Positions 39,939 through 49,608 of a stretch of 64,000 bases of DNA are shown in pieces (within the stretch, counting starts at the first letter, position 1; each line of letters begins with the position of its first letter). The position numbers and the translations under genes are program-made. Origin of the DNA: an uncultured Chthonomonadaceae bacterium (lineage in GTDB: Bacteria > Armatimonadota > Chthonomonadetes > Chthonomonadales > Chthonomonadaceae); the NCBI GenBank assembly GCA_963817895.1, contig CAWFQB010000002.1, positions 448,001-512,000 of the forward strand, written 5' to 3'. The notes beneath the pieces are model-generated. The model had not been told where the DNA came from and ran no database searches. It was given only the letters and a program-made list of their open reading frames with translations.

Positions 39939-41084
39939 TGCCGCCACTATCAACTATCAAATATCAACTACGCATGGCTCTCTCCGCCTGCCCATCTATC
40001 TGCCGGACGCGACATTGGGCGTGGTGCGGGCGGTGGATGCGTCGGATTTGCGGGCGGTGGGTATTGAAGCGCTCGTGATGAACGTGTTTCATCTGATGCA
40101 GAAGCCGGGTTCTTCGACCATTGCCGCGCTTGGCGGGCTGCACAAAATGGCGGATTGGACGCGCCGATTATTACGGATTCGGGCGGATTTCAAGCGTATT
40201 CGCTTGTGCGGCAAAACGCTAAATTCGGGACATTGAGCGATCATGGGATCCGCTTCAAGCCGGAAGGCGCGGAGCGCGAGTTTCAACTGACGCCGGAAAA
40301 AAGCGTTCAGCTGCAAATGGCGTATGGCGCGGACGTGGTGATTTGCCTGGACGACTGCACCAATGCGAGTGACAGTCTGGACGAGCAACAGCGTTCTGTA
40401 GCGCGTACAATCGCGTGGGGCAGACGCTGCAAGGACGAATTTGTCCGGCAGTTACAGGCGCGTAAAATCACGTACGCGCCGGAGATAAAGCCGGATGATG
40501 CTCCGCGCCCCCTGTTGTTTGGCGTGGTGCAGGGCGGCGCGCAGGTGGAATTGCGTCAGGAATGCGCCCGCGCCCTGCTTGATATCGGCTTTGATGGTTT
40601 CGGATACGGCGGCTGGCCGCTGGATCAGAGCGGCAGCCTGCTTGCCGACATGCTGCAAGCGACACGGGAAGCCATTCCCGCCCAATTTCCCATGCACGCG
40701 CTCGGCATCGGTTCCCCGGAAAGCGTGATCTTGTGTTCGCAGATGGGCTACGGCATTTTCGACTGCGCTCTGCCGACCCGCGACGCCCGCAATGGCCGCC
40801 TGTACGTGTGGAAATCTGACCCCGCGCAAATGGATTTCACGTCTACAACGCTTGTCAAAAACGAGTGGCTTGATACGCTGTATATTGACGACGAAAAGCA
40901 CACCAAAGTAGACAGGCCGATTTCCGCTTACTGCGACTGCCCCACCTGCTCTCGCTACTCCGTCGGCTATCTGCGCCATTTGCGCAAAGTCGGCGAAACC
41001 CTCTACTTCCGCCTTGCCACCCTGCACAACCTGCGCTTTATGACGCAGTTAATTGAAGGGATAAGAGCAAAGGATGAAGGATGA
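39820..41084 (+). CDS. tgt: tRNA-guanine transglycosylase family protein; frameshift near 40155
   Basis: [41 protein letters not shown], zinc site CDCPTC...HN. Confidence 0.88.
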
Positions 41085-42005
41085 AGGATGAAGCGGTTTT
41101 GCCGATTGACGCGCTTGTACACGAAATTCAGGATAGCGCGAAATATCGGCACGTCTGCCCCGATTTGATACGGCGCATTGGTTCGCGTGAACTGGCGAAC
41201 CGCCGCAATCTCAAAGAAGCCGTCAAAGAAACTAAAAACACGCTGCATCAAATCGCCGGCGCGTTCCTCGACCCCAAAATGCGCTACGACATCTGGTTAC
41301 AGCAACTCCAACAAGCCGCCGCTCAATCCGCAACAGAGAACAAGGATACGACAGACAACGCGGATACATGCGATGCGGACACAATCAGCAACGCGGACAC
41401 AACATGTTGTGTCCCTACGGGAATTTTTCATCCCTTCCTCCTTCCTCCTTTGCTAGACATTATGACCAACCACGCCAGTACGCGGGAACGGCTGCCCCTG
41501 CTGGACACGTTTTACGCGCAAACGCTGGCTAAAGATCGCGCCTGTCCGCTCCGTGCTGGATTTGTGCTGCGGCCTGAACCCGCTCGCGCTTCCGTGGATG
41601 CCGCTTGCGCCCGATGCCACCTATCACGCCTGCGACCTGTACGGCGACATGATGACGTTCCTGAACTCTTTTTTTTCATTGGCGGGCGTGGCGGGAACCG
41701 CGCAAGTGTGTGATGTGGCTGCCAATCCGCCCACGCATCCCGTCCATTTGGCCCTGTTGCTCAAAGCTTTGCCCCCGCTGGAACAATCCGACAAACACGC
41801 CGCGCTGCGCCTGCTGCAAACCCTCAACGCCGAACACATTCTCGTATCCTTCCCCACCCGTACGCTGGGCGGACACAACAAACACATGGGCGGCCATTAT
41901 GAAACCCGCTTCCGCGCCCTGCTTGCGGACGAAGTTGAAAATAGCGGCTGGCAACTGGAACGCTTCGCCTTTGCCAACGAACTCTGCTTCCTTGTTTCCA
42001 AGTAG
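41081..42005 (+). CDS. ArmA/Rmt (FmrO family) 16S rRNA m7G1405 methyltransferase homolog; frameshift near 41535
   Basis: SAKYR..CPDL, K..LHQIAGAF, HASTRERLP, VLDLCCGLNPLALP, LLKALPPLE, VSFPTRTLGG, NEL. Confidence 0.85.
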
Positions 42006-42016
42006 ACAAAAGCAAT

Positions 42017-42165
42017 TTTGCGCCACAGAGGCACAGAGACACAGAGGTTTCACAGAGGGAAATGAGGTAAGATAAACCACAAAATATACAATCGCAGGTC
42101 TTCTTTTGATTCTCTTTCTCTTTTCTCTGTGAAACCTCTGTGTCTCTGTGCCTCTGTGGCGCAAA
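42017..42165. repeat. Inverted-arm element with perfect 41-bp arms built from CACAGAG units
   Basis: 42017-42057 (tttgcgccacagaggcacagagacacagaggtttcacagag) is the exact reverse complement of 42125-42165. Confidence 0.9.
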
Positions 42166-42184
42166 TCTTCTCAGGAGTAGGAAC

Positions 42185-43354
42185 TTGATTGCTCGTGCCG
42201 CGCGTTTGGAAAAGATACCCCCGTACCTGTTCGGCGAGATTGCCGCCCTGAAGCGGCAGGCGATTGCTGAGGGACGGGATTTGATTGATTTAGGGATTGG
42301 CGACCCGGACCAGCCAACCCCGCCCTCCATTATCGAAGCGTTGAACCGGGCGGCGCATGACCCGGAAACGCACCGCTACGATGAAAGCAATGCGGGTTGG
42401 ACGCCGTTTCTGGAAGCCGTCGCGACGTGGACAAAACGCCGCTTCGATGTGGACGTAGACCCCGCTACCGAGGCCATGCTGCTCATCGGCAGCAAGGAGG
42501 GGCTGGCGCATCTGGCGTGGGCGTACATTGATCCGGGCGACGTGTCGCTGTGTCCCGACCCGGCGTATACCGTGTACAAGGTGAACACGCTGATGGCAGG
42601 CGGCGAAGTGGTGACGATGCCGCTGCGGGAAGAAAACGGCTTTCTGCCCGATTTCGCGGAAATACCGACAGAAGCGGTGAAACGCGCCAAACTGCTGTGG
42701 CTGAATTATCCGAATAACCCGACCGGAGCCGTCGCGCCACTCTCGTTTTTTGAAGACGCGGTACGGTTCGCGCGGGAAAACGATCTGCTGCTTGTCAACG
42801 ACGCCGCGTATGCCGACGTGTACTACGACGCCGACAAGAAACCCGCAAGCGTATTGCAGGTTGCGGGCGCGAAGGATGTGGCGGTAGAACTGCACTCGCT
42901 GTCCAAAATGTTCAATATGACCGGCTGGCGTATCGGCTTCGCCATCGGCAACCCGGACGCGATTGGCGTGATCAACAAACTTAAATCCAATCTGGACAGC
43001 AAGCAATTCCCCGCTATTTCCCTTGCCGCCGCCCATGCCCTGCTGCACGGCGACAACTCCGCCACCTTAAACCTCTACAAAAAGCGGCGCGATATTCTGT
43101 GCGACGGCCTGAACGCGATAGGCTGGAACGTCCGCAAGCCCGACGCTTCGCTGTACATCTGGACGCGGGTTCCCGATGGATACGATGCCATGTCGTTCTC
43201 GAAACTGCTGCTGGAAAAAGCGGGCGTACTCGTGATTCCCGGCGTCGGGTATGGCGAGTGGGGCAAGGACTATATTCGCATGTCCCTGACCGTCGTGGGC
43301 GACAAAAACGGCGAACGCTTGCAGGAGGCGGTTGAGCGTATCAAGGCAATGTAG
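42185..43354 (+). CDS. dapL: LL-diaminopimelate aminotransferase (class I/II PLP aminotransferase)
   Basis: PPYLF, IDLGIGDPD.PTP, LIGSKEG, NYPNNPTGA, DAAY, SLSKMFNMTGWRIG; AGGAG RBS before TTG 42185. Confidence 0.8.
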   Translation: MIARAARLEKIPPYLFGEIAALKRQAIAEGRDLIDLGIGDPDQPTPPSIIEALNRAAHDPETHRYDESNAGWTPFLEAVATWTKRRFDVDVDPATEAMLLIGSKEGLAHLAWAYIDPGDVSLCPDPAYTVYKVNTLMAGGEVVTMPLREENGFLPDFAEIPTEAVKRAKLLWLNYPNNPTGAVAPLSFFEDAVRFARENDLLLVNDAAYADVYYDADKKPASVLQVAGAKDVAVELHSLSKMFNMTGWRIGFAIGNPDAIGVINKLKSNLDSKQFPAISLAAAHALLHGDNSATLNLYKKRRDILCDGLNAIGWNVRKPDASLYIWTRVPDGYDAMSFSKLLLEKAGVLVIPGVGYGEWGKDYIRMSLTVVGDKNGERLQEAVERIKAM

Positions 43355-43421
43355 GAGAGGGAGAGTGAAGAGGGAGAGTAAAGATGCATTTTCTCTCACT
43401 CTCACTCTCCACTCTCACTTT
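43355..43421. repeat. Inverted-arm element, GAGAGT(G)/ACTCTC units, between convergent genes
   Basis: gagagggagagtgaagagggagagt ... ctctcactctcactctccactctcact; a single arm also at 44844-44870. Confidence 0.65.
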
Positions 43422-43422
43422 C

Positions 43423-44757
43423 CTACATTTCCAGATCGAGGCCGAGCCGTTCCAATCCCGTTTCCGTAACGAGGAAATCGTGTTCCAGACGGACGCCGAT
43501 GCCTTCGGACGCGATGTATAAACCCGGTTCAACGGTGATGACGTTGCCCGGTTGGAGCGGCATTTCGCGGTCGGCGAACTGAACGGCGTCATGCACATCC
43601 AAACCTAAATGGTGGCCCAGGCCGTGCGGCATAAATGCTTTCATGGTCTGTTCTTTGCCGTCCGCGTCCAGAGCGCGGAGCGGTGACTCGTCCAGAAACG
43701 CTTTGCACCGGTCATCTAGAGATTTCAGGCTGTCTTCGCGCGGTTTGTACTGCGCCAGCGTATGCTCGAACGCGGCCTTGACCAGATTGTAAATGTCGCA
43801 CTGCCTGTCCGTCATGCCTCCGCCCACCGCGTAGGTTCGCGTCAGGTCGCCGCAATAGTGATCCACTTCCGCCCCGATGTCCACCACCACTAAATCCCCC
43901 GCCTGCAGAATGTGATGGTTGTCCTCGTAGTGCAGCACCGTCGCGTTGCGCCCACCGCCGACAATCGTGGAAAACGCGAGGCTTGCGCCCCGGCTGCGAA
44001 ACGCCTGAAAAATGGCCGCTTCCACTTCGTATTCGCGCTTTCCCGCGCCATTGGTAATCATCTCGCGGGCAATCCGCTGTCCCTCCGCCGTGACGTCAAT
44101 CGCCTGCGCGATCCGCTCCACTTCGGCAGGGGATTTCACCAATCGCTGCTCCATGATTCCAGGCGACACGTCCCGAAACTGCGCAGACGGGGCAAGGCGG
44201 GCAATGTGCTGCATCAGGGCGTATTCGCGGGTGGACTGCGCCTGTTCGCCATAAGGCGTTACGGTATACAGAACGGGATTGCGCCGCAGCCAGGCGGTCA
44301 ACGCGCCCCATAAACTGCCCGCATCCACGACTTTTTCTATTCCCGTCGCTTTTTCCGTTTCTTCGCCCGGTCCCAAACGCGGCCCCATCCACAATTCGGT
44401 TTGCGCGTTGCGGGCGGGCAAAAACAGCAGTTCGCGCGGGCTTGTTGTGAGATTGCGCAGTCCCGCGCCTGCCTTCACCTCCTCCGGCAGCAGGAGGAGA
44501 AACGCGCCGGGAGTGGTCACGCCCGTCAGGTAAAAGAAATTGCTGTTCTGCTGATAGGTGGCGGGCTTCACGACCTCTTCTTCCGTCGCGCCCCTTACTA
44601 AAATAATGCCGTCAGGATAGCGCAGACGCAGGGCTGCGCGTCGCGTCTGAAACTCTTCGGGCGCAAACCCGGCAAGCGGAACGGGCGGCGTCAGCAATTT
44701 GGAAGCCACGGTATCAGCAGCATCGGCGGCAGAAACCGGAACAGGCGGAACGGTCAC
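43423..44757 (-). CDS. pepP: Xaa-Pro aminopeptidase (M24B)
   Basis: QNSNFFYLTG, VKS..E, LHY, VDIG, GDLTRT, HGLGHHLGLDVHD, TVEPGLY, GVRLE. Confidence 0.9.
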   Translation of the reverse strand: MTVPPVPVSAADAADTVASKLLTPPVPLAGFAPEEFQTRRAALRLRYPDGIILVRGATEEEVVKPATYQQNSNFFYLTGVTTPGAFLLLLPEEVKAGAGLRNLTTSPRELLFLPARNAQTELWMGPRLGPGEETEKATGIEKVVDAGSLWGALTAWLRRNPVLYTVTPYGEQAQSTREYALMQHIARLAPSAQFRDVSPGIMEQRLVKSPAEVERIAQAIDVTAEGQRIAREMITNGAGKREYEVEAAIFQAFRSRGASLAFSTIVGGGRNATVLHYEDNHHILQAGDLVVVDIGAEVDHYCGDLTRTYAVGGGMTDRQCDIYNLVKAAFEHTLAQYKPREDSLKSLDDRCKAFLDESPLRALDADGKEQTMKAFMPHGLGHHLGLDVHDAVQFADREMPLQPGNVITVEPGLYIASEGIGVRLEHDFLVTETGLERLGLDLEM

Positions 44758-44846
44758 GAAATATTCTCCTGAGTGGAATTGGGGCGGTGTTCAAAATAAC
44801 TTCTTCGATTTGCGCGTCGCTTACTGCGGCAAAACCGAGCGTTCTC

Positions 44847-45482
44847 TCACTCTCCACTTTCACTCTCACTTACCGTTTTTTCACCCATTAGTTTCGCAAG
44901 GTTGATTGTCAGGCCGGGAAAGATGGCGGGCTGAAAATCTTCGCCCTTGCCAATAGTGTTGATAGTAACCGGCTGATCTGGCTGAAAATGAAGTTCTTCC
45001 AGAATCAGCGTGTTCGGGTCAATAATCCAATACCACGTCACGCCGTTACGCCGGTAGACGCGCTGTTTGTGAACGCGGTCACGTCCCTGATTGGTGGAAA
45101 GTATTTCGTCCACAAGTTCAGGAACGCCATGCACCTTATCGTCGGCGGGATCAATGCGCGCTCCCCCGTTGGCAGCAAGGAACGTTATGTCTGGAATGTA
45201 CATTTTGCCGTCCGGCAAATAGACATCCACATCCATGACAACCTCGCCAATAGGATTGGAGATAAGATAATCATCAATGGGATGGGTCAGACGGTACATC
45301 AGACGTTGGTGTCGGCTTTTCGGGGATACCATCGGGTTCTCCTCATCATTTCGGGGAATCAGCAGGCCATCCTCGAACTCATAATAGGGCGGGCCTTCTC
45401 CCATTGCGATGAATTCTTCCAGCGTGATACGCTTTTGCGGCAATACTGGCATTTCCACATGCGGTTTTGAGATTGTCGTCAT
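44847..45482 (-). CDS. Uma2 family (DUF820) PD-(D/E)xK-like endonuclease
   Basis: YEFEDG, SP...HQ, IPDI, PELV.EILS, K...Y...GV.WYWIIDP. Confidence 0.85.
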   Translation of the reverse strand: MTTISKPHVEMPVLPQKRITLEEFIAMGEGPPYYEFEDGLLIPRNDEENPMVSPKSRHQRLMYRLTHPIDDYLISNPIGEVVMDVDVYLPDGKMYIPDITFLAANGGARIDPADDKVHGVPELVDEILSTNQGRDRVHKQRVYRRNGVTWYWIIDPNTLILEELHFQPDQPVTINTIGKGEDFQPAIFPGLTINLAKLMGEKTVSESESGE

Positions 45483-45625
45483 GGTCGTTCTTGCTCCGGG
45501 CTACAGCAAACTTGTTTTACGCCGATTACTACGCCACAGCAGCCGTTACCGGAACGGCTGCCGCATTGTTTCCCCATTTGCGTGTATTCGCGTGTATTCG
45601 CGGCTAAACTTCTCCCTGATGCTTT

Positions 45626-46408
45626 CTACTTCACGCCGCGCGGAATGGAAAGCGGGTCAATGCCGCGCAACATCATGCCCTGACCGCGCGATTCGTGCGT
45701 GGCAATGGTGGGCGGGTCGGCGGGATCGCGCATCTGCACGAGCAGGGTTGTCCGCGCCTCCTGACTGACGTTGATGCCCGAACCGTGAATCGTCAGGTAC
45801 GAGAAGAACAGCACATCTCCGGCTTTGGCCTCGCACGGAATCGCGCTGTCAATCGGGTACTGCTCGAACGGCAGATGCCAGCCGCCCTGCGAACTGTGTT
45901 CCAGTATGCCTAACTTATGGCTGCCCGGCACGACGCGGACGCAGCCTTTTTCAATCGGCGCGTCGTCAAAGTGGATAATGGCGGCCATCATGGTATGGTT
46001 GTCGTGCGGGAAATAGGGCGCGTCCTGGTGCATGGGGAACGGAGAGCCTATTTCGGACGGCTTGATGAACATTTTGGTGTGGTGCAGTTGAACGTTCGGG
46101 CTGCCGATGATGCCGCTTACCCGGTCGGTAAGGCGCGGGTCGCAAATCAGGCGCGTAAACGCGGCGGAGTAGAATTGAACGTTGTGGCAGTGCAGAATTT
46201 TGGTATCTTTGGCTTCGGGCATGGCTTCTCGCGCGCTGCCCCAGGTCGCGTCCATGTTCTGCTGCGCGCCCAGTCGTTCTGCGAGTTCATGACACTCGCG
46301 GCGCATGTCGGCGGCCTCATCGGGCGCCAGCAGGCCCCGCGCCACTATGTAGCCGTTTTCCTGATAAAAAGCGAGTTCGTCGGGAGTAAACATCGTTGAC
46401 TTCTCCAT
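45626..46408 (-). CDS. PhyH family 2OG-Fe(II) dioxygenase
   Basis: FYQENGY, HQD, VVPGSH, AGDVLFF...HGS..N...R. Confidence 0.9.
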   Translation of the reverse strand: MEKSTMFTPDELAFYQENGYIVARGLLAPDEAADMRRECHELAERLGAQQNMDATWGSAREAMPEAKDTKILHCHNVQFYSAAFTRLICDPRLTDRVSGIIGSPNVQLHHTKMFIKPSEIGSPFPMHQDAPYFPHDNHTMMAAIIHFDDAPIEKGCVRVVPGSHKLGILEHSSQGGWHLPFEQYPIDSAIPCEAKAGDVLFFSYLTIHGSGINVSQEARTTLLVQMRDPADPPTIATHESRGQGMMLRGIDPLSIPRGVK

Positions 46409-46572
46409 TTCGGATTTCTCTTTTGGCTGTCTGCCAAACGCGGTAAAGATGATATGGTTACTGTTCGCAATTCATGCGCCCGGTTCCTCCTGTATCTGCC
46501 GCTTTTCCCAATGACAGTTCGGGCGAGACGCGCAATCAAGTTCACTCAACCCATGCAGGCGACATAAAATAG

Positions 46573-46620
46573 CCCCTCTCCTGGCGCGTAGCGCGGTCAG
46601 GAGAGGGGTTGGGGTGAGGT
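46573..46620. repeat. CCCCTCTCC...GGAGAGGGGTTGGGGTGAGG palindromic repeat
   Basis: Near-identical copy at 60211-60260 and a variant at 61556-61637. Confidence 0.75.
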
Positions 46621-46621
46621 A

Positions 46622-48757
46622 TCACGCGGCTCTGGCAAGCGGCTGCGCCTGCCGCATCAGTTCGATGAAGGCGGGGGCCAGATCGGGATCGAACTGTGTG
46701 CCTGCGCCCCTGCCGATCTCCGCAAGCGCGATTTCCAGCGACAAGCCTTTGCGGTACGGGCGGTCGCTGGTCATGGCGTCGAAAGTATCCGCAAGGGCCA
46801 GATAACGCGCCATCAGAGGAATCGCTTCGCCCGCCTGTCCGTCCGGGTAGCCCTTGCCGTCCCATCGCTCATGATGGTGGCGGACGCCGGGGAGGGTTGC
46901 GGCCAGTTGCGGCGCTTTGCGCACAATCACTTCGCCCAGAACCGGGTGCGTCTCCATAACGGCGCGTTCTTCCTCATCCAGTCGCCCCGGCTTTTTGAGA
47001 ATCGCGTCGGGAACGCCGATTTTGCCCACGTCGTGCAGTGTGCCGGTCGTGTGCAGCAAATCCAATTCGGGTTGCGTTGCGCCGACATGCCGCGCCAGCG
47101 AAGTGGCGTATTCGGCGACGCGCTGCGAATGGCCCTGCGTATACGGGTCTTTGGCGTCAACAGCTGCGGCCAATGCTTGAATGGTCGCCAGACTGCCATC
47201 TTTGAGAAACCGGTGCAACTGGTACGGGTCGGCATCCTGATCCGCGCCCGGCACGCTGTCAAACCTGCAAACGCGGTCGCGTCCCAACTGTTTGGCGCGG
47301 GATACGGCCAGTTCCGCCGCCAGCAGCAAACCTTCGCCCTGCCGTGTCTGCGAACCGAACGCGGCGCACCCCACGCTTAATGTAAACCCTCCGTTCGTGG
47401 CTTTCTGAATTTCGCCGCGAAACCGTTCCGCCCAGGTTTCCGCCTGCGTTAAATTGTGCTGCGGCAGCAGGGCAACGAACTCCTCGCCGCCATACCGCGC
47501 CGCCACCGCCACATCCGGCAGGCACAGGCGCAATTGTTCCGCGAGTTGTTTCAGGGCTTCATCGCCCGCCCCGTGTCCGCGCTGCCGGTTGTATTCCTGA
47601 AAGTGGTCTATGTCGAACAGCAGAAGGGACAGAGGTTCGCCCGATGCCGCGCAACGCCGCGTCTCCTGCGTGAGCCGCTCCTGAAAACGACGGTGGTTGT
47701 CCAGCCCCGTCAGCGGGTCGGTATCAATCAGGGCCAGCAGCCGCTCCTGGCTGTCGCGCAGGGAAACGGTCATGTCGTTGAAGACGGTTTGCAGCAGGCC
47801 GATCTCGTCGCGCCGATGCGCGTCGAAGCGTTGCGGCCATTCTCCCCGGCTCAACATCGCCGCCGCCTGCACAACGCCGTCCAGCGGGCGCGTCAGCCCC
47901 CGCGCCACAAACGCGCCCCCGCTCATAGCAAGAACCAGCGCGCCGCTCAAAATCAGCATCAGTAGGCGTTGAAATCGCTGATATGGCAGCAGGGCGGCAT
48001 TGTACGGACGCAAAATCACATAGCCCATATCGGGCTGAATTGGTTTACCGGGCAGGGGCGCGTACAGCAGCAGGTAGCGTTCGCGGCCAAGCCGCGTCAG
48101 CGTGGGCGTATTGCGCGGCGTGGGCAATACGTCGGGGAGAGGCAGGGACGCGCCCACCACATGCCCCTGCCGCACAAACGCGATATCCGTATTCAGGGCG
48201 TGGCGCAGTTCTCCTGCAAGGCGCGCGTCAATCAGGCTGTACGTGGTAAACGTCATCAGCACGACGTGACTGGCCCCATCCACAACGGGTACGGATACGG
48301 CCAGCATCAGTTGTCCATGCCGCGAAATCACGCCCGACCAGCAATCTCCGTCCAGCGCTCGCGAAATGCCGGGTTCACGGCTGTAATCCTTCCCCGCCTG
48401 TTCGCGGCTATCCGTCGCGCCCATCAATTGCCCGTCCTGATCGGTCAGCAGAGCCGCGTCTGTGTGCATTTGGGGCAGCCACTCGCCCAGAGAATCGGCA
48501 ATCGTTGCGGCATTGGCGCTGCGCAGGTACAGCAGGCGAGGCTGACGCGCCAGCAGTCGGCATTTATCGGTCAGGCCGGCGTTGCGCTCCTGAAGCAGTT
48601 GCGCGAGGACGCCGCCCGTCGCTTCCACGTCGCGCCGGATGGTCCGATCCGTTTCCATGTTGGTCAGCATGGTGACGGACGCCAGCAGAATCGCCGTCAA
48701 TCCGGCGACCGTTCCCGCAATCAGCAGTAAAATTTGCGCGCGCAGCGTGAGACGCAT
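46622..48757 (-). CDS. Membrane sensor with periplasmic (Cache-like), HAMP, GGDEF and HD-GYP domains
   Basis: Two TMs; DEIGLL...FN.M; TDPLTGL, YGGEEF; HDVGKIG, HHERWDGKGYP, ADTFDAM. Confidence 0.92.
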   Translation of the reverse strand: MRLTLRAQILLLIAGTVAGLTAILLASVTMLTNMETDRTIRRDVEATGGVLAQLLQERNAGLTDKCRLLARQPRLLYLRSANAATIADSLGEWLPQMHTDAALLTDQDGQLMGATDSREQAGKDYSREPGISRALDGDCWSGVISRHGQLMLAVSVPVVDGASHVVLMTFTTYSLIDARLAGELRHALNTDIAFVRQGHVVGASLPLPDVLPTPRNTPTLTRLGRERYLLLYAPLPGKPIQPDMGYVILRPYNAALLPYQRFQRLLMLILSGALVLAMSGGAFVARGLTRPLDGVVQAAAMLSRGEWPQRFDAHRRDEIGLLQTVFNDMTVSLRDSQERLLALIDTDPLTGLDNHRRFQERLTQETRRCAASGEPLSLLLFDIDHFQEYNRQRGHGAGDEALKQLAEQLRLCLPDVAVAARYGGEEFVALLPQHNLTQAETWAERFRGEIQKATNGGFTLSVGCAAFGSQTRQGEGLLLAAELAVSRAKQLGRDRVCRFDSVPGADQDADPYQLHRFLKDGSLATIQALAAAVDAKDPYTQGHSQRVAEYATSLARHVGATQPELDLLHTTGTLHDVGKIGVPDAILKKPGRLDEEERAVMETHPVLGEVIVRKAPQLAATLPGVRHHHERWDGKGYPDGQAGEAIPLMARYLALADTFDAMTSDRPYRKGLSLEIALAEIGRGAGTQFDPDLAPAFIELMRQAQPLARAA

Positions 48758-48771
48758 AGGAGTATCCTGAG

Positions 48772-48870
48772 AGTTGTTAGGTTGTTAGGTTGTTAGGTCT
48801 TGAGGCTATCAGAAGGGGTTTATAACTTCCTGACGACTAGCAACCTAACAACCTAACAACCTAACAACTA
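48772..48870. repeat. Inverted-arm element, unit AGGTTGTT/AACAACCT
   Basis: agttgttaggttgttaggttgttagg ... caacctaacaacctaacaacctaacaacta. Confidence 0.85.
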
Positions 48871-49464
48871 TCTCCTCATTAATGACAGCGTTACGGGCTT
48901 CATGGCAGCGGTGACGGCAAAGGACTGCGTGAGTTTCGCGCCGCTTTCGTGCCATACATGCAGCGTGTACGAGCCGGGAGGTACGTCCTTTAACACAAAC
49001 CGGCCCTGTTTGTCCGTGACCGCGTAAAAGGGCGTATCCACGACCACGATGTACGCGCTCATGTCCGAATGAACGTTGCACAGCAGGGCGACCACGCCGA
49101 TTTTTTCCATTTTGATGGACTTGCTCGCGCCGCGCGGATACATGCCTAAATCGAACTTGGAAGCGTCGAAATACGCGAAGACGTTATGGAAAACCGTATC
49201 GTTGTTGGGAAACTGCATGGTCGTGCCGCGCGTTACGCAGCTGACATGCGGCGAGAACATTTTGTCGCGCTGATCTATGATTGCTTTGGACAGAGGAACG
49301 GCTTTCGCCTCGCCTTGCAAATAGACAACGGCATCCCGCGCCATTCCCCTGTTCGGCAATGCCACCTGTCCCTCTACATCGGCGGCAAAAGCGCGTCCCG
49401 CTCCGGCAAACAGCGCCATCAGGCAAAACGCTGGCTTCACCCAACCTACAGCAATCGTTTTCAT
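48868..49464 (-). CDS. Secreted cupredoxin-like protein (often annotated 'methylamine utilisation' or carboxypeptidase regulatory-like)
   Basis: Signal peptide; DQ....FSP, FPN.D...HNVF, FDLG.Y, CNVHSDM, VPPG.Y....WH. Confidence 0.75.
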   Translation of the reverse strand: MKTIAVGWVKPAFCLMALFAGAGRAFAADVEGQVALPNRGMARDAVVYLQGEAKAVPLSKAIIDQRDKMFSPHVSCVTRGTTMQFPNNDTVFHNVFAYFDASKFDLGMYPRGASKSIKMEKIGVVALLCNVHSDMSAYIVVVDTPFYAVTDKQGRFVLKDVPPGSYTLHVWHESGAKLTQSFAVTAAMKPVTLSLMRR

Positions 49465-49608
49465 GTTCAAAACTCCTTGCCGTCTATTGTGGTTCGTTTA
49501 TAAAAAATCTCAACAGCAAGGTGAAGTTTTCCCCGATGCTCCCGATAATTTTGCCGACACAATCTTCCAGCCACCCCGCTGAAGATCAGGCAAGGATATG
49601 GGAAGTCA

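Noticed and set aside
44847..45482. Uma2 nuclease as a restriction system
   Set aside because: Stand-alone Uma2 genes are abundant paralogs in many genomes, and no methylase or partner gene is adjacent.
7782..48870. Recurrent TAACAAC and GATACGA repeats as a CRISPR array
   Set aside because: Units are 7-9 nt in tandem without 30-40-nt spacers between direct repeats, they are dispersed, and no cas genes are present.
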